NCBI RefSeq assembly: GCF_009914755.1 | Contig: NC_060947.1 | DNA length: 64,000 nucleotides | Strand: one strand, 5' to 3' | From: the human T2T-CHM13v2.0 reference genome, Homo sapiens | Part shown: positions 63,340-64,000 of the stretch, one piece after another | Numbering within the stretch: the first letter of the stretch is position 1 | Layout: each line of letters opens with the position of its first letter | Notes under the pieces: model-generated | What the model saw: only the letters and a program-made list of their open reading frames with translations | Told to the model about the DNA's origin: nothing | Databases searched by the model: none | Made by a program: the position numbers and the translations under genes

Positions 63340-64000
63340 ATTTTTTCCTTTTATTTTTAATAAATGGAAATATGTAATAATTATAAATATTTATGGGATA
63401 CAGATTGATATTTTGATACATGTATACAATGTGTAATGATCAAATCAGGGTAATTAGCATATCCACCCCCTCTAATATTTACCACTTGTTTGTGTTGGGA
63501 ACATTCAAAATCTTCTCTTTCATCTTCTTGATAATATACAATAAATTATTGTTACCCATATTCACCCTACAGTGCTATAGAACATCAGAACTCATTCCTC
63601 CTATTTAGCTGTAATCTCTTATCCATTAACCAAACTTTCCCTATCCTCCCCCTTGCCCCACCCTTCCCACCCTCTAATAACCACAATTCTTCTACTCTCT
63701 AGTTCTATGAGCTGAACTCTTTCTAGATCCCACATACAAGTGAGAACATGTGGTATTTATCTTTCTATGCCTGGCTTATTTCACTTGACATAATGTCCTC
63801 CAGTTCCATCTGTGTTGCTGCAGATGGCATGATTTTATTCTTTTTATGGCCAAGTAGTATTCCACTGCATGTATGTGTGTATATATATATATACACACAC
63901 ACACACATATATGTATACCCATATATATATACACATTTTCTTTATTCATTCATCAATAGATGGATATTTAGGTTGATTCCATATCTTGGCTATTGTGAAT
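63340..64000 (-). mobile_element. L1MA-type 3' end (continues beyond the window)
   Basis: tatacaatgtgtaatgatcaaatcagggtaattagc...cccacatacaagtgagaacatgtggtatttatctttc. Confidence 0.88.

Overview
Human genomic DNA, recognisable as the GABRE locus (Xq28). Bases 1-15,300 hold the 5' half of GABRE (GABA-A receptor epsilon subunit) on the minus strand: a CpG-island promoter and coding exons 1-6, which splice in frame (56+218+68+221+83+138 nt, all GT-AG). The gene continues off the left edge. The remaining ~49 kb upstream contains no host gene I can support and is dominated by transposable elements (L2, L1M, Alu, MaLR, hAT/Tigger, a MER11A solo LTR). These include a ~17 kb nested stack (36,957-54,318) that splits one L2. 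The most interesting observations are: (1) a 5'-complete L1PA4-like element whose antisense promoter and intact, extended ORF0 point toward GABRE, with both ORF0 splice donors in frame with GABRE exons; (2) three template-switch or templated-insertion repair scars visible directly in the sequence; (3) a deletion-fused young/old L1 chimera; (4) an ancient twin-priming L1 inversion. I found no evidence of a novel protein-coding system. All functional ideas are hypotheses, and repeat subfamily names come from recalled consensus sequences, not a RepeatMasker run.
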